Assembly: GCA_963675545.2 (NCBI GenBank)
Contig: CAXXRX010000001.1
Coordinates: forward strand, 96,326-160,325
Direction of reading: 5' to 3'
Source of the DNA: Desulfocapsaceae bacterium
GTDB taxonomy: Bacteria; Desulfobacterota; Desulfobulbia; Desulfobulbales; Desulfocapsaceae
Length of the DNA stretch: 64,000 nt
Positions 49,001 through 55,313 of this stretch are shown here, one piece after another. Below the pieces are notes generated by a model. The model was not told the origin of the DNA. It searched no databases and saw nothing but the letters and a program-made list of their open reading frames with translations. Numbering within the stretch: the stretch's first letter is position 1; every line of letters starts with the position of its first letter. Both the position numbers and the translations under genes were made by a program.

Positions 49001-52000
49001 TCGACGCTCTTGCTGACCAGCAGCTTCGGTTCGACAATCGTTACGCTTTCACCTTCGCTGACGCTATGATTATCGGAGTTGCCATCGGTCCAACTCCACA
49101 CCGCATTATTGGACAGGTTGTCGTTGTTCTGGTTGGCGCCGATATTTCTGACCAGTGCGGTGTAGGTCAGGGTCAGGGTTTCAGCCACACCGTTGTCGCG
49201 GTTCTGATTATCTAACGTGTTAAAATCGACAAAAAAGGACAGGCCGTCAGCGGCGATGCTGCCGTTTGCAGCAAGAAAAGCAAGATTGTTCGGATCACTT
49301 AGATTGCTCAGATCATAAATGGTCCCGACTGACGAGGTAAAATCAGTTGATGCTGTGGTCAGTGAGTCAAGTGAGATGATCTCCAGGCCGCCACTGGGGT
49401 CGAGATCATCAGCGAGCATGACATTCGTTGCCTGGCCCTCAGGAAGCGTGATTGCTACCGTGTAGGTGATCGTTTCCCCGATCGTGACATTCGGGTTATC
49501 GGTATGGGGCTGGCTGGTAGTATCAATTGCCTTGTCGACAAGGACATCAGGTATCTGTGCGCTCGCCTGATCTGTCAGGCCGCCGGGAATATGATTGCTG
49601 GCACCGTTGTCGCCGCCGTAGTTCTCAAGCGTTGCTGTGTTGAGCAGGGTCTGGCTGGGTCCGACATTGTCGGCCAGCAGCAGATCATAGGTAATCACCA
49701 TGATATTGGTCCCTACTGTCGGGTCGTAACCCGCAAGAGCACCGTCATCGACTGTGTCATTAAGGATCAGTCCGGTGCCGAACAGATCACCGCTGTAGGA
49801 AAGAGCGGTGCCATTGCCGTCGGTTGCCTGCAGGCTGAGGGCGACGAAGGTATAACCTGTCGGCAGCACATCGCTTATGGTGACGTCGAAAGCATCTGAA
49901 TGGCCGGTATTTTCGACGACAATGGCGACAGTGATGGTATCGCCGGCGTCGATGTTGGAGATATCGGTATCGATATTATGAGAATCCAGCCAGTCGGAGG
50001 TAATGTTCTGTTCGAGTCGACCTGCGCTACCCGGCTCGGTGAAATAGTTGTCAACAGTGGTGTTGCCGCTGTAGATATCGGCCTCATTGTCGCTCTCGAC
50101 AATACCCTTGGTAATCTCCAGTACCGGCTGGTCCAGGACGATCTGAAATATATCGTCAGTATTCGAGTCGACCAGTGGCGTGCCATTTTCGGTACCGCGC
50201 ACCTGGTTTGCCAGGTAGAGTCCGTCGGCAAATGGTTCACTGTTGACTGTTACGGTGAAAAGAATATCGATATAGGTCTGCTGAGGGGCGATATCATCGT
50301 TTTCACCGTAGACAAAGCTGAGCCTGTTTTCGCCATTTTCCGTGAACGTCTCAAGAAAGATCGGTTCGAGTGGAAAGACAGTGGAAAACGTGTCGGTGGG
50401 ACCCAGGCTCCATTCTCCTGCCCCGGGTAAACCGGCTACGGGATCACTTCCCTCGGTGAATTCATCAGCATCGAAAACCGGCAGCGGCAGGTAGTCATCA
50501 AGGCGAAACGACTCGAATTCACTGGTCGGCATCAGGTACTGCAGCTGGTAGGTAACGGTATCCCCTGGCTGCATATGCAGCCGGCCTTGGGCATCGGTGA
50601 AGCTGCTGAGATCGGTAAAACCGTTTATTGCATAGACATCTTTCTGGATCAGCTCACCGACCTCGATCTGAATTGCCGTGGCGGAATCATCAGTGTCGGT
50701 GTCGAAGCCTGTATCCGTGAGAGTACCGCTGCCGTTATCTCCATAAATCTGGCCGCTGATGTCAACATTGTTGGTAAGGAAATCACCCTGGTCAACGGAC
50801 TCATCTCCCGGGCCGGAACTGTCGCCGGTACTAATGTAGCTGTCCTTGATCAGGGCATAATAGGTGATCGTGCCCCCGGCCGGAGTGCCTGAAACAGCGC
50901 CGTCGTAAAGATCACCCTGAAGGATACCGTCCAGTCCACCTGCTACGGCCGAAATATCGAAGCTGAGTGAAGTGTCATCATCAGCCTGGGAACTGCTGGT
51001 CAGGTCGGTGCCGACAGTCCAGCCACCTGTCCATGAACCTGTTTCATCCTGAATGTCATAGATCGGAGCATAGGCCCCTGTGGTCTGGAGCTCGAGTCCG
51101 TCTGCCAGAATATCGGTGACAACAATGTCGCCGAAATTGAAATAATCTGAAATCTGAAACTCAACGGTATATTCGAGGATGTCGCCAGGGTTGTAGCCGC
51201 CGATGATACCGGTATCACTGCCCGGAAACGGTGCAAAGTCGACACCTTTCTGTACGGCAATCGCCTCCGCCTGGAAAATCTCATCGATATTCGGTGTCGG
51301 CGAGATGGTGCCGTCTCCATAGACCTCGGCATTGACAACGAGGCTCACCGAAGAATCATCGGGGTCTGTCGGGGTCCAGTTACCTTCCACCCGGGCGTTG
51401 TTGATGACTTCGCGGTCTTCAGTGCCGCCGATTACATCATCGCCGGTAGCGGGGTCGAGTATCGGTGTAACCCCGTCGGCGTAGAACTCCGGCACATAAA
51501 AATCGAACGTGATGACGACATCCTGAGCTGTAGCACCTCCAGTCACCGGGTTGTCCAATTCAACCTCAAGGACGCCGTCGGTGAAGATACCGCCTGCTGC
51601 ATTGGGCGAGGTGACGGTAAAAGACTGCCCGGTGCTGACTGCAACAGTGGCGTCGCCCAGATAATAAATTTCGTTGGGTAAGAGTTCGGTAAGCTGCAGG
51701 TTGTTGATGGTCTGGCCGTCGGCGATATCGATGGTGATCTGATATTGGTGTGGATAATTGGGTCCTGTGGCGGTTTCCTGTTCCGGGCCGAGATAAACCT
51801 TTTCAAAGCGGATAACTTCGGGGCGGAAGGTCTGGGTGTCGACCAGCGTCGGGCCGATCGGCGGATCAGTCGGTGGATCGCCAGTTGGATCATTGAGTGC
51901 GGTTTCGCCATAGCGGTAGCCGTTGTAGACCCGGATATCAAAATCCTCAGCGGCCCCGCCACTACTGTCTACCTGCCGGAATTCATCAATATGTGCGGTT

Positions 52001-52857
52001 ACCTGGACTTCGGCCGGTGGCTGGTCCGGGGTAAACGAGCCGAACGGCATCTCTATGGTGACATAGGTGTCACCCGGGGTGCCGGTGATGATAGTTGGGG
52101 CCCCGGTGGTTCCGTTAAAGTCGTAGGGGTGGATGATTTCACCGTTTGAATCAAAGGTCTGGACCGTGACCTCGAGCGGAGAACCGAGATAGGTGGCGGA
52201 GTCGGGGACGTAGGTGACCCCGTCTCCGTCTCCGTCATCCCCGCTGCTGGGCATATACAGGTCGATATAGGGTCCGTAGAGTGTCGTTCCTGAAGTATTG
52301 TTAAGTGTGACGGTAAAGGTGAAGTCCTCACCGATCATCGGATCGATTGCTTCTACTGCTGCGGGTTCGCCTTCTTGATCGCCTTCCCTGCTTTCGCTGG
52401 AGTCATTGTTCGAGTCTGCAAGAGTAGCAGGCTCCGGGGTATCATCGTCGGGAGCGTCGGCCTCGTCTTGAAGCTGCTGCTCTGTGTCTGTTTCAAGAGG
52501 AGCTTCCCCGTTATCAGCGGATTCACCGCTGTCCGGTTGTGAAGCTGCCGCGACTATTTCCTGGCCTTCTTCAGCTGCAGTGGGGGGAATTGTAGCAGCG
52601 GGCTCATCACCGGTCTCTTCCGGTACGCTTTCTGGTTGGCTTTCCTGAACACTGCCGTTGGTCTCGGTATCCTGGGGCGCGGCGGAGATATCAGGCTGCG
52701 GGAGTATAACGGGCTGGGTCGGGTTCAGATCACCTGCCGGGTCAACAGCGGTGTCGAACGGCTCGACGGGATCCAGTGCCGCGACTGGGTTGGCATCAAG
52801 AAAGATACGTTCTTCCAGTTGTTCGAGAAGCAAATATTTTTTAAGAGATTTTTTCAT
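40084..52857 (-). CDS. giant (4257 aa) secreted/surface repeat protein: LEPR-XLL-like N-terminus, acidic disordered region, DUF11-type beta-domains, 12 SdrD-B/Cna-B-like Ca-binding domains, Pro-rich linker, C-terminal domain
   Basis: Single uninterrupted 12,774-nt ORF. The N-terminus 'MKKSLKKYLLLEQLEERIFLDANPV' has no hydrophobic Sec h-region. Repeated 'TYT(V/L)T..N.G...A' DUF11-like strands, then 12 x 'GSIGDTI(F/W/Y).D.D..G......G..GV.VTL..D.DGDGT......TTD..G.Y.F.NLP.G.Y.V.VD...LP'. Confidence 0.9.
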   Translation of the reverse strand: MKKSLKKYLLLEQLEERIFLDANPVAALDPVEPFDTAVDPAGDLNPTQPVILPQPDISAAPQDTETNGSVQESQPESVPEETGDEPAATIPPTAAEEGQEIVAAASQPDSGESADNGEAPLETDTEQQLQDEADAPDDDTPEPATLADSNNDSSESREGDQEGEPAAVEAIDPMIGEDFTFTVTLNNTSGTTLYGPYIDLYMPSSGDDGDGDGVTYVPDSATYLGSPLEVTVQTFDSNGEIIHPYDFNGTTGAPTIITGTPGDTYVTIEMPFGSFTPDQPPAEVQVTAHIDEFRQVDSSGGAAEDFDIRVYNGYRYGETALNDPTGDPPTDPPIGPTLVDTQTFRPEVIRFEKVYLGPEQETATGPNYPHQYQITIDIADGQTINNLQLTELLPNEIYYLGDATVAVSTGQSFTVTSPNAAGGIFTDGVLEVELDNPVTGGATAQDVVITFDFYVPEFYADGVTPILDPATGDDVIGGTEDREVINNARVEGNWTPTDPDDSSVSLVVNAEVYGDGTISPTPNIDEIFQAEAIAVQKGVDFAPFPGSDTGIIGGYNPGDILEYTVEFQISDYFNFGDIVVTDILADGLELQTTGAYAPIYDIQDETGSWTGGWTVGTDLTSSSQADDDTSLSFDISAVAGGLDGILQGDLYDGAVSGTPAGGTITYYALIKDSYISTGDSSGPGDESVDQGDFLTNNVDISGQIYGDNGSGTLTDTGFDTDTDDSATAIQIEVGELIQKDVYAINGFTDLSSFTDAQGRLHMQPGDTVTYQLQYLMPTSEFESFRLDDYLPLPVFDADEFTEGSDPVAGLPGAGEWSLGPTDTFSTVFPLEPIFLETFTENGENRLSFVYGENDDIAPQQTYIDILFTVTVNSEPFADGLYLANQVRGTENGTPLVDSNTDDIFQIVLDQPVLEITKGIVESDNEADIYSGNTTVDNYFTEPGSAGRLEQNITSDWLDSHNIDTDISNIDAGDTITVAIVVENTGHSDAFDVTISDVLPTGYTFVALSLQATDGNGTALSYSGDLFGTGLILNDTVDDGALAGYDPTVGTNIMVITYDLLLADNVGPSQTLLNTATLENYGGDNGASNHIPGGLTDQASAQIPDVLVDKAIDTTSQPHTDNPNVTIGETITYTVAITLPEGQATNVMLADDLDPSGGLEIISLDSLTTASTDFTSSVGTIYDLSNLSDPNNLAFLAANGSIAADGLSFFVDFNTLDNQNRDNGVAETLTLTYTALVRNIGANQNNDNLSNNAVWSWTDGNSDNHSVSEGESVTIVEPKLLVSKSVDNPTPDEDDTVTFTIEINHDNETAIDNEISTADAFDVTLADTLPAGYDTVTITSQAGTGSLSGVSDAVTVSGNTLSGFWDSFELGDTYTITLTAHLATDPQAGENLTNTATIDWTSLPEDGDPGERTGTPATGDPDDYITDASAIVTVGGTIDKVDPDPLSYTIGEEVQYYILVTLPEGDTANLIVTDDLPAGMSYIDGSYQLFTQAGIGNDPSGLLAADFSGPVLPPAAITGGTANGEAVSFGFGTVSIAPDNDPGGFENDAFVIGIRALVLDVLTGTGNYDGSTLTNDTYMVYDNPVGGDPIRVDDPIDPVVTVIEPWIETNKDVSPTSGVEAGDTVTYTVTLYNGGNATAYEVNFNDTLAQGTTFGAIQSARIDGVDTNFDLNTATPNGDNSVITFADDAWDLAQGAELVLVYTATVTNAAIVDGSHTNTVDADWSSLDNNDPGEANERVYDENDGVDSPVDGGVNADRDVDTAEFTIPGVTIDKSDGDTSTATIGDTITYTLTIDAPEGTINNLVIEDVLIAGLVFNDDATISTASGSFSTELSQDPTFGTNDGSTAVTITWNLGDTIVDTDDPLIISYTARVANVSGNFDSAALGNTVTLSYDNVDGDEVTDDDSDSLSVVEPWIETNKDVSPTSGVEAGDTVTYTVTLYNGGNATAYEVNFNDTLAQGTAFGAIQSARIDGVDTNFDLNTATPNGDGSVITFADDAWDLAPGAELVLVYTATVTNAAVVDGSHTNTVDADWSSLDNNDPGEANERVYDEDDGVDSPVDDGLNAGRDIDTVEFTIPGVTIDKSDGGITSATIGDTITYTLTIDAPEGTINNLVIEDVLIAGLVFNDDATISTASGSFSTELSQDPTFGTNDGSATVTITWNLGDTIVDTDDPLIISYTARVANVSGNFDSTALGNTVTLSYDNVDGDEVTDDDTDSLSVVEPWIETNKDVSPTSGVEAGDTVTYTVTLYNGGNATAYEVNFNDTLAQGTTFGAIQSARIDGVDTNFDLNTATPNGDNSVITFADDAWDLAQGAELVLVYTATVTNAAIVDGSHTNTVDADWSSLDNNDPGEANERVYDENDGVDSPVDGGVNADRDVDTAEFTIPGVTIDKSDGDTSTATIGDTITYTLTIDAPEGTINNLVIEDVLIAGLVFNDDATISTASGSFSTELSQDPTFGTNDGSTAVTITWNLGDTIVDTDDPLIISYTARVANVSGNFDSAALGNTVTLSYDNVDGDEVTDDDTDSLSVVEPWIETEKSVADSLDSGTDAQWNETLTYTVRFTNGGNSTAYEVNALDTLAPGTSFVSYSSVSSSFGAVADPTMTDNDDGTVSIVGNWDIPVGEYVEIEYTVTVLDAIFLPTPHENSVDADWSGQDGSDPDERVYDEDDGIDSPVDDGIFADRDVGETVFTVITTSSIGDTVFFDTDQSGSETPGDTGITDILVTLSADTDGDGTSDFTWTDTTDENGYYLFENLPAFDNYTVTVDPVNLPDGTIATYDLDGIDTEHVISGIALDIAEARDDADFGYFNQGTGSIGDTVWYDADADGVFDAGEQGLGGVTLTLTGDITGDNLGDISLTTTTDENGNYSFENLLPGNYTVTIDATPAGMEQTFDLDGLGTPDNASIALADGENNNNVDFGYTGAGSIGDTIFFDADNSGGETPGDAGIPGITVTLTGDVNNDGIEDVLTTTTDADGRYLFENLRDGTYTVTVDPADLPGGMSPSADPDGGNDNTSTVILAGGIDELDEDFGYTGTGIIGDTIWDDVDGDGTQNGGETGLSGVDVTLSVDFDGDGTPDYTATTTTNGSGTYSFGNLPEGTYTISIDTDDIPDGYVLTADPDANPDSTTTVNLPAGGTNLDQDFGYWDSGQSTGSIGDTIYFDADGSGGQNGTEPGLSGVTVTLTGDIDGDGTADTVTTTTDSNGMYLFDNIVGGDYTIIINPATLPAGLSPTQDPDGGTANQAILTLAADEDNLDQDFGYNGTGSIGDTIFFDGNNNGTQETNEGGINGVQVTIDLDLDGDGVADYTYVDTTDADGNYLFENLPAGGYTVTVDPASLPLGIIQSSDPDSALDNTSTLVLGGAQNNLLQDFGYTGTGSIGDTIWNDTDGDGLQNGSETGIAGVDITITADIDSDGTPDYTQTVTTDSNGTYLFNNLPDGDYTLIVDPLTLPAGLSQSGDPDGTNDNMTMLGLTAGENNLDQDFGYNSGTGSIGDTIFFDSDGSGDQNGTETGLPGVSVTLTGDLDGDGTPDSVTTTTDANGNYLFDNLPAGSFVITVDPASLPAGMNQTADPDNDGIANQASVILADGEDNLDQDFGYQGSGSIGDTIWNDVINDGIQDGGEPGLPGIDVTLSFDFDGDGTVDYTQTDTTDASGNYLFENLPGGTYVVSVDTSDIPDGYVLTADPDSNPDSTSTVNLPAGGTNLDQDFGYHNTGASTGSIGDTIYFDENNNGTQDGSDVGLPGVTVSLSGDIDGDGTTETVTTTTDASGTYSFDNLPAGDYTITVDQSTLPGGMSQTEDPDGVNNSTTVVSLGAGEDNDEQDFGYTGSGVIGDTIYFDTDGDGTQDAGENGMPGIDVTISVDFDGDGTPDYTATVATDAAGTYSFDNLPAGEYTISVDPASLPADVRPSGDPDGTPDNSTTLNLGPGAVNNDQDFGYTGTGSIGDTIYFDADGNGYQSSGERGLSGVRVTLQGDFDNDGTIEAVTTTTDATGTYLFDNLTAGQYTVYVDTTTLPPDLTQTGDPDAILDNQSQVTLAAGENDLSRDFGYFGPSPFPGPRPPDPGEPVVPITPPSRPPSPGPVEPPAQGLVADAFFMYRQFGDQGDIFTRFEEQPWLLPPLPVSPIYSGLAEPGTTIELVLHDAMGNQVGYRSVMADTAGNWLADLPETIMFELPHHMEIGQTISSYNASSAGFFNMRTYFYPSFSSMVYSSTSLDVETVFAYLPSTVLQSMHQSNLSTFDIRWDGFKGYEFDAPSTQPARNSH
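40723..44778 (-). repeat. array of 12 diverged ~113-aa SdrD-B/Cna-B-like domain repeats (coding)
   Basis: Counted 12 'IGDT(I/V)(F/W/Y)' repeat starts between 'SSIGDTVFFDTD' (44778) and the final 'DFGYFG' (40723). Each carries DxDxDG-type loops. Confidence 0.8.
45271..48051 (-). repeat. three tandem 927-bp (309-aa) near-identical coding repeats inside the giant gene
   Basis: The 'EPWIETNKD' unit boundaries recur at about 48051, 47124 and 46197, with a diverged fourth boundary ('EPWIETEKS') at about 45270. Antisense track ORFs repeat at exactly 927-bp steps (45859/46786/47713). Confidence 0.9.
52753..52857 (-). other. LEPR-XLL-like N-terminal motif of the giant protein (aa 1-35)
   Basis: 'YLLLEQLEERIFLDANPVAA' compared with the family-defining 'LEPR.LL(S/D)A' pattern; here LE-E-R-I-F-L, with Pro replaced by Glu. 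It sits at the extreme N-terminus of a very large repetitive protein, as in that family. Confidence 0.6.
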
Positions 52858-53180
52858 GATGTAATACTCTTGCTTGATTTAACCAGCAGCGCAAACATGC
52901 CAACACTATGAAGTACAGTACTAAAGACCCATCGTGCCATTATAAGTACATAATTTTGATTTACTATTACTAAATATATCGGAACCTATCAATTAACTTA
53001 AGAATAATTATCATCATGTTCAATGTTATGTATCGACATCCCAGAGAGGAATCTGAATGACTTTTTGATGTCAGCGTAGCGGTCAGGTCAAAAAGGAGTT
53101 CGAGACCGGGAAGCTGCTGTTGGCAGGATTTTGATGTAATGCTGTTTCTGCGGGAGGATAGCTGCAGGGTTAATGTGAAA

Positions 53181-53378
53181 TCAGTTGTTTTTCGACTTTT
53201 GGTATTCCTTGTAATTCATACTATTTACTCTCTCCAGGCAGGCATCGATATCGCTATTGTTGAGATGTTTGTAGCATTCATTTCGTTCTCGTGCCCGGAA
53301 TCCTTCATACCAGGCCTGATAGCTGCACCCCTGGACAAGCAGGGCAGCAAAAAAAAAACAAAACAAGACCATGAGCAA
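53181..53378 (-). CDS. possible small Cys-containing lipoprotein (63-65 aa)
   Basis: Hydrophobic N-terminus ending in the lipobox-like 'LLVQGC', with three further Cys. TTG start at 53378 or ATG at 53372, and no basic n-region, so support is weak. Contains a T10 (A10 on the plus strand) tract. Confidence 0.35.
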   Translation of the reverse strand: MLMVLFCFFFAALLVQGCSYQAWYEGFRARERNECYKHLNNSDIDACLERVNSMNYKEYQKSKNN

Positions 53379-53408
53379 CGTTTTTATTTCGTAATTGTAT
53401 CGACACTG

Positions 53409-54176
53409 TCAGAGAATCTGGCTGAGAAAGAGCTTGGTCCGCTCGTGTTGCGGGTTATCGAAGAATTCATTCGGCTTATTTTCTTCAACGATTTCACCAA
53501 AATCCATAAAGATGACCCGGTCGGCGACGGTCTTGGCAAAACCCATCTCGTGGGTTACCACGATCATCGTCATGCCCTCCCGGGCAAGATCGACCATGAC
53601 ATCGAGCACTTCCTTGATCATCTCGGGGTCAAGGGCTGAGGTGGGCTCATCAAAGAGCATGATCTTCGGCTTCATGCAGAGGCTGCGGGCAATTGCCACG
53701 CGCTGCTGCTGGCCGCCGGAGATCTGGCCGGGATACTTGAGCGCCTGCTCCGGAATCTTGACGATTTCCAGGTAATGCATGGCAAGCTCTTCGGCCTCTT
53801 TTTTCGGAGTTTTTCTCACCCAGATGGGGCCGACCGTCAGGTTTTCGAGGATGGTCAAGTGGGGGAAAAGATTGAAATGCTGAAAAACCATACCGACTTC
53901 GGTTCGTACCTTTTCAATATTTTTCAGGTCGGTGGTGAGTTCTATGCCGTTAACGATAATCTGGCCGCGCTGGTGCTCTTCCAAGCGGTTGATGCAGCGG
54001 ATCATTGTTGATTTGCCGGATCCGGAAGGCCCGCAGACCACGATCCGTTCCTGCGGATGAACGACAAGGTTGATGTCCTTGAGCACGTGGAAATCGTCGA
54101 ACCATTTGTGCATCTTGATAATTTCGATGATCGGTCGATCGTTTGTACTGTTGTTTCTGGCCGGATCGCTGTTCAT
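53409..54176 (-). CDS. aapP: polar amino-acid ABC transporter ATP-binding protein (AapP/GlnQ-type)
   Basis: Walker A 'GPSGSGKST', signature '[13 protein letters not shown]' (here [15 protein letters not shown]), Walker B '[12 protein letters not shown]'. Confidence 0.9.
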   Translation of the reverse strand: MNSDPARNNSTNDRPIIEIIKMHKWFDDFHVLKDINLVVHPQERIVVCGPSGSGKSTMIRCINRLEEHQRGQIIVNGIELTTDLKNIEKVRTEVGMVFQHFNLFPHLTILENLTVGPIWVRKTPKKEAEELAMHYLEIVKIPEQALKYPGQISGGQQQRVAIARSLCMKPKIMLFDEPTSALDPEMIKEVLDVMVDLAREGMTMIVVTHEMGFAKTVADRVIFMDFGEIVEENKPNEFFDNPQHERTKLFLSQIL

Positions 54177-54196
54177 GGTGATTTTCCCACCTCAGT

Positions 54197-55306
54197 TCAT
54201 GAGATTTTTTTTTCCGTGTGCTTGTATTCAAGCTCTTTTTCTATCTTGCGGCTGTATTGAGACATGGAAAAGCAGCAGAGATAGTAGATGATTGCGATGA
54301 AGATATATGCCTCAGTACTGAAGCCGGTCCATTCGGGTTCGGTCAGAATGGATTTTGTGGTGTTGAGAATATCGTAAAGGGCGATGATGACGACAAGGGA
54401 GGTGTCCTTGAAGGCCGAGATCAAAATTCCGACCGTTGGTGGAATCACAATCTTCAAGGCCTGGGGCAGGATGATCATACGCATCATCTGGTAATAATTG
54501 AGTCCCAGAGATTCTGCAGCTTCATACTGGCCTTTGTCCATTGCCTGCAGACCTCCGCGTACGACTTCGGCAATGTAGGCAGCGGTAAACAGGATGATGG
54601 CTGCCTGGGCCCGCAGAACCTTGTCTATGGTAATACCTTCGGGCAGAAACAGCGGAAACATGACCGAGGACATGAACAGCATGGTGATCAGCGGGACCCC
54701 CCGGATCATTTCGATATAGACAACGCAGAGTGATTTGATGATCGGCATTGTCGACTGACGGCCGAGTGCAAGCACTACTCCCAGCGGATACGAGGCCAGG
54801 ATTCCGAAAAAGGAGAGCAGCAGGGTGAGCGGCAGGCCGCTCCATTTCGTACTCTCAACGGGCACCAGGCCGAAAAGCCCGCCTTTCATCAGCAGCCCCA
54901 TGATGAAAAGGGCAAACAGCCAGAGGTAGCCGAGTTTTTTGTTCCACCTGTTCCAGTCGCGGCTGTAAAACAACATGCAGACCAGGATGATCATCGCCAG
55001 CAGCGGCCGCCACTGGTGTTCGTAGGGAAAATATCCGAAGATGTTGAAGCGGATATTCTGGGTTATAACCGACCAGCAGGCCCCGCTTGCGGCATGACAT
55101 TCCGCACCCGAGGTAAACCAGACACTGTCGATGAACGCCCAGCGGACAAACTGGGGAACAAATTTGATCAGCAGGGCCAGGATGAACAGTGTTGCCAGTG
55201 AATTGAACACACCATTGAACAGATGGCGCTTCAGCCAGCCGAGGATACCCACGTCGGTTGCCGGCGGCTTGATTTCCTCAATATGTGACGGTGTTGTCGC
55301 GTTCAT
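54197..55306 (-). CDS. aapM: general amino-acid ABC transporter permease (AapM/YhdY-type)
   Basis: Polytopic, with the His/Glu/Gln/Arg-type permease EAA loop ('EAAESLGLNYYQMMRMIILPQAL'). ATG 55306 chosen because it lies after the upstream stop; the alternative TTG at 55333 would overlap. Confidence 0.85.
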   Translation of the reverse strand: MNATTPSHIEEIKPPATDVGILGWLKRHLFNGVFNSLATLFILALLIKFVPQFVRWAFIDSVWFTSGAECHAASGACWSVITQNIRFNIFGYFPYEHQWRPLLAMIILVCMLFYSRDWNRWNKKLGYLWLFALFIMGLLMKGGLFGLVPVESTKWSGLPLTLLLSFFGILASYPLGVVLALGRQSTMPIIKSLCVVYIEMIRGVPLITMLFMSSVMFPLFLPEGITIDKVLRAQAAIILFTAAYIAEVVRGGLQAMDKGQYEAAESLGLNYYQMMRMIILPQALKIVIPPTVGILISAFKDTSLVVIIALYDILNTTKSILTEPEWTGFSTEAYIFIAIIYYLCCFSMSQYSRKIEKELEYKHTEKKIS

Positions 55307-55313
55307 GGGTACT

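Noticed and set aside
40084-52857. A classical RTX-type T1SS substrate.
   Set aside because: I found no GGxGxDxUx nonapeptide tandem repeats and no typical C-terminal secretion signal. The Ca-binding loops are of the SdrD-B DxDxDG type within about 113-aa domains.
52885-52906. A sigma-54-like 'TGGCAT' element (minus strand: TTGGCATGTTTGCGCTGC) upstream of the giant gene.
   Set aside because: The GG-to-GC spacing does not fit TGGCACG-N4-TTGC; the GC dinucleotides fall 9, 11 or 14 nt from the GG instead of 12.
53078-53120. A tRNA-like 'GAGTTCGAGACC' T-loop-like motif in the region upstream of the giant gene.
   Set aside because: The flanking bases cannot form T-arm or acceptor stems, and there is no room for an anticodon arm. 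It is not a tRNA, and it is too weak to call an att remnant.
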